A DNA stretch of 64,000 nt from the human T2T-CHM13v2.0 reference genome, Homo sapiens. The notes under the pieces are model-generated. The model was not told where the DNA came from. It made no database searches and saw only the letters and a program-made list of their open reading frames with translations. Of the stretch, positions 57,336-64,000 are shown piece after piece. The translations under genes and the position numbers were made by a program. Every line of letters starts with the position of its first letter. The first letter of the stretch is position 1. Location of the stretch: assembly GCF_009914755.1 (NCBI RefSeq), contig NC_060933.1; one strand, given 5' to 3'.

Positions 57336-58704
57336 TTCCATCTCATTGTCTCTGTCACACAGGGTCAGCCTAACCACCCTGGATCCTCAAGTTTTTGGGG
57401 TATCTGACAGTACCCCATTTTAGTGTTTTCAGTGTTTTCTCAATAAATCCTGGGGCCCCATGCTGCATAATTTTGCCACTGTATTAATTCAAATAAGCAC
57501 AGTGAGGCAATGAACATGTACTTAATTCTCCAATCCTTTCTCAGTCTATGAAACGCCAACAAGGAGATGGATTCTTCGTTTTCACAATGCATCCTCAAAA
57601 TATTCTCTTTATCCCTGACCCTCCTAATATCTTCCACACAGAGAGAAAATGCTCCCCGAAACTCTCCTAGTCTCAACACTCCCTCCAAAAAAGCTCCCTG
57701 CCATGCAGTCTCATGGCTGTTCTGCCTTCCTTCTTCCCCACTTCAGCTGTGTATTATATTAATAGATCAACTTGGCTTCCCTCAGTTCATTAGCATTCTC
57801 TCTGCATCATCCACTGCCTAGATTCTCCCCATGAAGAGCCCACGGGCTGACCCAGTGAGAAAGAATCTTTTCCTCAAAGAAATCGTCAGGGGTGGTAGAT
57901 TGCAAATACTCCCACAGTCATAATTTACTGTAAATGCCAAACATATTTAAGGCAGTAGAAGCCAGCTTGCCTCCTAAAGGGTTATGAACTTGGAAAGACC
58001 AGGGGGTTTAAAAGTCTAATTTCACTGAAAATCCACTTATGTTTGTCAGTCTTGCTTTTCTCTTTACCCACAGTTCTTGGCACAGAGAGAAAGTTCTCCA
58101 TTGCCTGTGGAATCAAGGCACATGGTTTAGTTGTTGAAACAAATGTAACAGCAGCACTGTCATGGAGCTTTTACACAGGAAGAAATGTAACTAACCAGCC
58201 ACTTGATTCCTTCAGTCTCCAAATTAGCCATCAATTTCTCAGAGAAGAGACTCTCCTAGTGCCTCCCAGAAATTATCCCAAATTGGGGTTTCAGGAGACA
58301 ATGCTTTTTTTTTTAGCCACTAAAGGTAAACCAATAGTCAGGGACATTTATTTACAATATGGAATATCTGAAACACCTTCTTTCTTCTGATCAGGTCAGT
58401 GCCACCTATTTGGCAAAGTCCTGAGGAGTTCCCATCACCTCCAGAAAAACTTGTTCAAGCTCAGACTGCAGGAGACAGCACTTTCTGCTCTCCCCTTACC
58501 CAACATTCAGCATGTACTTCCTTCTGCTGCAGATCACCAAGGAGATGGGAACCTCCATCAGAGCAGAATGACCAAGCAGGGTCCAAACTCACACTCCTCC
58601 CCACCCAAGACCAAAAGCTTTTTGTCTTTTCATCAACATGTTTATCATCATACACATTTCTGTACTTAGACCATCCCAACCCACTGCTGGTGGTTGAAAA
58701 TGAA

Positions 58705-58706
<2 letters not shown>

Positions 58707-58754
<48 letters not shown>
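58707..58754 (+). repeat. (AC)24 microsatellite
   Basis: read directly from sequence. Confidence 0.97.
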
Positions 58755-58758
<4 letters not shown>

Positions 58759-59860
58759 AAATAATCAGTGAAGAATTTTACCATATCCAACACTTCACTT
58801 TGCATGCGAACCTTCCAAGTCCAACAGAATCATCAGTTCTTTTGGTTTTTGTTTTTTTGTTTTTTGGGGTTTTTTTTTTGGAGAAATCCCAAAGTAGATA
58901 ACATAGAGTCAAAGGGAAAGAGCAAGATTTTTGTTGTTGTTGTTGTTGTTGCATTATGGTCACTGAAATACTTCATATCTTGGTCTTCACCCACAGTTCA
59001 TGCTATACATGCAGGGTTTGTCTGAAATCTCAGAGTTCTTTGCAATAGGATAGGATGAGGAATGCCCAATCTATCGCATTTATGTTGGGATACAAGTAAA
59101 CCATGAGAGGCCTTGTCAACCCAGACACTGGCTACCATAGCACACATTGTGCAGTATTCACAGAATGGTAAAGCAGAATGGAAACCTAAAATTCATTCAA
59201 GAGATCAAGGACATCAACATTCTTGACTATTTGGAAGTGGCTGGTTCATTAAGATTACTCTTTCCAACTTCACATTGCTTAGGCGTGACCCTACCCATGG
59301 GTAGAACCATTGGTGATACTCAAAAGATTTGGCAATGCTAATGGCATGGCATGGGCACTGACTAATCAGAACGGATACTGTTCCACTGTAATGGCTGGAA
59401 CGAAGCCAAGGAAGCTAACTGCTGTGCAAGGCACTACTTATTATGTGCTGAGTAGAGGGAGGTCAGGAGTACCACCAGAAGCAAGGCTCTGATGGCTAAG
59501 TCAGCAGCAGGAAGATGGGGGCACTCAGGGGCAGTGGGTATTTACCAAGAGACATAGGAATATTTCAGTATTACACACGAGGTACAGGCATGCTGATGCT
59601 CAGCAGGTGATTACAAACTTTGGAAACAGCTCTTTCCTAAGCACAGAAACAGGACCTCTTAGCAGTAAAGTTTTTATTTACTCTACGTCATAATTCCTGC
59701 TTCTGTCACTAACATCACTATCCAAAGAAAAGCATCAAAAAGGCCTCATCCTTATCCTGAGTCCATGCCTTGATGAAACAATAACTCCACCTCCAGCTCT
59801 CTGTGTTAGGGCAAAGTCCCTTCTCCAAATGTGTTAGATAAAGATGTTAAATCCCTCTAG

Positions 59861-60171
<311 letters not shown>

Positions 60172-60229
60172 TCTAGCCACAATGTGGTTATAATTGTGAA
60201 TGGGATATTCACAATTATAAAGATGTAGC

Positions 60230-61140
60230 AACCTGAAAATGTCTAAAAACAGAACTGTTTGTTGACTGTCTACCTCCACCCCCTCACTCCACCAAATCCA
60301 TTCTCCAACCTCTCTCACCCATCTCAGTAAGTGACACTACCAAGGACCCAGTTGCCTGAGCCAAAAACCTGGGAGTCATCCTGATGACATCCTTGCATAC
60401 TCCTGGGCCATCTACCAATACATCCAATCAACTCTACCTTCAGAACGTATATCAAATCTAACCAATTTGATCAACCCCCTTCACTTTTATGCTAGTCCAA
60501 GTCACCATGACAGGTCACCTGGACATTCCATAACATCTCAACTGGTCTTCCTGCCTCCACCATTACCACATGTTATCTGTCCAGCAATCAGAGCTTTCTT
60601 TTTAAAAAGACCATCAAATCACTTCTCCACGCCAATCATGACTCTTCTTGGCCTCCCCTAACACTTAAATTAAAATCCAAACTCCTACTTCCCAGCCATG
60701 CTGCCTATCACTCTCTCTCTTGCTCAACTCCAAACACAATGCGTTCCTGTTCTTCCTCAAACCCACCAAGCCCATTTCCACCTCAGGCTGTCTCCCCAGC
60801 CTAGAATGCCCAGTCACTTCCTGGTACATTGTTCCCTGGGTCTTCATATAGTTTATACCATCTCTTAATCCAGTCTCCCCTCCATTGTCACCCTTCAGAG
60901 AATTACTCCTGGCAAAATTAGGCCCACCAGTTCCCAGGTCTCCAGCCTCCACTCTCTAATCTCTTACTCTGCTTTATTCATAGTACTTACCTAACCCAAA
61001 GGCATCCTTCATGTCTATTTACTGTTAAATCACAGTAAAGACACCATAAGACCAGGGCCTTTGTTCTCTTCTAAGTACCTGAGGCCTAGAATAGGACCTA
61101 GCCCACAGAAAGCTCTCAGATATTTGAAGGACTAATTGAT
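60230..61140 (+). mobile_element. L2 3' region
   Basis: 'gccaaaaacctgggagtcatcctga', 'taaaatccaaactcc', 'gcctagaataggacctagcccacag...atatttg'. Confidence 0.75.
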
Positions 61141-61449
61141 TTAAAAAACAACAACAACAACAAAACCCACTAAAGCATGGCTGCTTTCTGAAAATCTTCT
61201 CTCATAGCACACATTCTCTTGACACTGCTTTGCCTTTGTGATTCTTAAAGGATCATTTCATTGTTGAATTAGTATCTTAAAATGTTTTCTCCGTGCTACT
61301 GAAGCAGGTAAGAAACAAGTGATCTCATAAAGGTAAACTACTTAAGGAGCACAGGTGCTTCTCATGATAGATTTCTAGAATTTCAGATCTAAGGTTTTAG
61401 TGATGATCCATTGCTATGGTCTCATTTTACAGTAGCTCTCCAGGGTTCG

Positions 61450-62080
<631 letters not shown>

Positions 62081-62200
62081 TTTGGAGAGATTACATGACT
62101 TGTTCAAAGTTCCACTGAACTGTAAGAGAAGATACAAGAGCACATACCAGACCCTTGCCTCCACTCAGACGTCAACCCAGCCAGGCATTCCTATAACGAG

Positions 62201-62750
<550 letters not shown>

Positions 62751-63561
62751 TACTATTAAATGCTCCTATATTTTAAAGTACATTGAATTGAAGCTAAATT
62801 TTTAGCTAGTGACAAATGTGTCAGTCCATGAGCCATTTTTATGCTACTAGATAATTCTGCAATTAGAAGTACCAGTCAGACTACCAATTCATTTCTGTCC
62901 CTGACAAACCTGTTTTGATACACTGGAATTACTGCACATGTAAAGCCTCTTGCTACATAAAAATTCAAACACAGAGAACAAAGAAATATAAAGAAATCTA
63001 TTTCTACCGTTTGTCACCAAGTCAAACAGCAACTAGATATTATTTCCTCAGTTACACTGGAGGCACATTACGTGTGTGTGCACACACACACACGTGCACA
63101 CACACACACACAGAGTCTATCTGCCTTGAATGATCAAGGTAACTAAGCTTTCCACTATTGTTGAAGAGTTAACACGGAAACTCAGGGCTGGAAGGATTTA
63201 GAGATTGCCAAATCCAGCCTTTTCATTTTACTGATGAGGAGCCTCTGTGACTCTGTGACTTGTTGAAGGTCACCATGCACATTAGAAGCCATACTGGGAT
63301 TTATACCAAAGATTTCTGGCAACTCATCCACAAGGCTTTAGATAACATCCAGCTTTTTCAGGTGATTGAAAGTTTAAAAGTATTAAAGGGAAAAGCAATT
63401 CATCAAACAGATGATGCAGCAAGTATAATAAGGAATGCTTAGAATTCCGGACAAAATACAAATTAGAAACAATATTTCTAATTAGAGCTCTAGCAAATAT
63501 CATAATATAATTAACATATTAAGTTTTCCTAATCATCCTAATAATTAGAAACAAATCCATT

Positions 63562-63842
63562 GCTGGGCGTGGTGGCTCGTGCCTGTAATCCCAGCACCTT
63601 GGGAGGTCGAGGCAGGTGGATCACGAGGTCAGGAGTTCGAGACCAGCCTGGCCAGCATGGCGAAACCCTGTCTCTACTAAAAATACAAAAATTAACCAGA
63701 CATGGTGGTGCACACCTGTAGTCCCAGCTACTCTGGAGGCTGAGGCAGGAGAATTTGTTTGAACGCGCGAGGTGGAGGTTGCAGTGAGCCAAGATCACAC
63801 CACTGCACTCCAGCCTGGGCAACAGAGGGAGAATCTTGTCTC

Positions 63843-63868
<26 letters not shown>
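63562..63868 (+). mobile_element. AluSg-like
   Basis: 'ggatcacgaggtcaggagttcgagacc'; A-tail. Confidence 0.95.
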
Positions 63869-63876
<8 letters not shown>

Positions 63877-63921
63877 TGTTTGGCCAACATGATTCTCTTT
63901 AAATAAAATTTTTTAAAATGA

Positions 63922-64000
63922 CTTTATTTTTTATTTATTTATTTTGAGACAGGGTCTCACTCCTATCACCCAGGCTGGAGTACAGTGGCACGATCTCAGC
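63922..64000 (-). mobile_element. Alu 3' end, cut by the window edge
   Basis: T-rich tail plus 'gagacagggtctcactcctatcacccaggctggag'. Confidence 0.9.

Overview
Primate genomic DNA, very likely human (it carries an AluYa5 with all five diagnostic bases). The window is repeat-dense intergenic or deep-intronic sequence. I find no supportable intact protein-coding exon, rRNA, tRNA or CRISPR array. Nearly all supplied ORFs are Alu/L1/LTR read-throughs or chance frames. The one gene-derived element is a disabled processed pseudogene of NUTF2 (nuclear transport factor 2), inserted with a target-site duplication (TSD) into a MER94 DNA transposon at ~23.2-24.0 kb. The rest comprises about 25 Alu-family pieces, old L1M/L2/MIR fragments, hAT/mariner MITEs (MER5, MER20, MER33, MER91A, MER94, MADE1), several solo LTRs (MER41A, LTR9, MER4A1, MER61, LTR40-like and others) and a two-LTR MLT1A MaLR element with an internal inversion. 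The most notable unexplained structure is three independent locally templated insertions. These are a 42-bp inverted copy of 13849-13890 inside an Alu at 11291, a 197-bp direct copy of 44448-44644 at 46393 with scrambled junctions, and a ~182-bp direct copy of 53487-53668 inside an L1 at 56126. Each donor lies 1.9-2.6 kb from its copy. Candidate regulatory elements are a near-canonical REST/RE1 site (18994-19014), a CpG-retaining MER61 LTR with an NRF1-type motif (~44.0 kb) and a GAS-containing CpG patch (~42.7 kb). Repeat subfamily names come from remembered consensus sequences and need RepeatMasker/Dfam confirmation. I did not find a new gene system. The candidate novelty is a local DNA-repair/template-switch signature.
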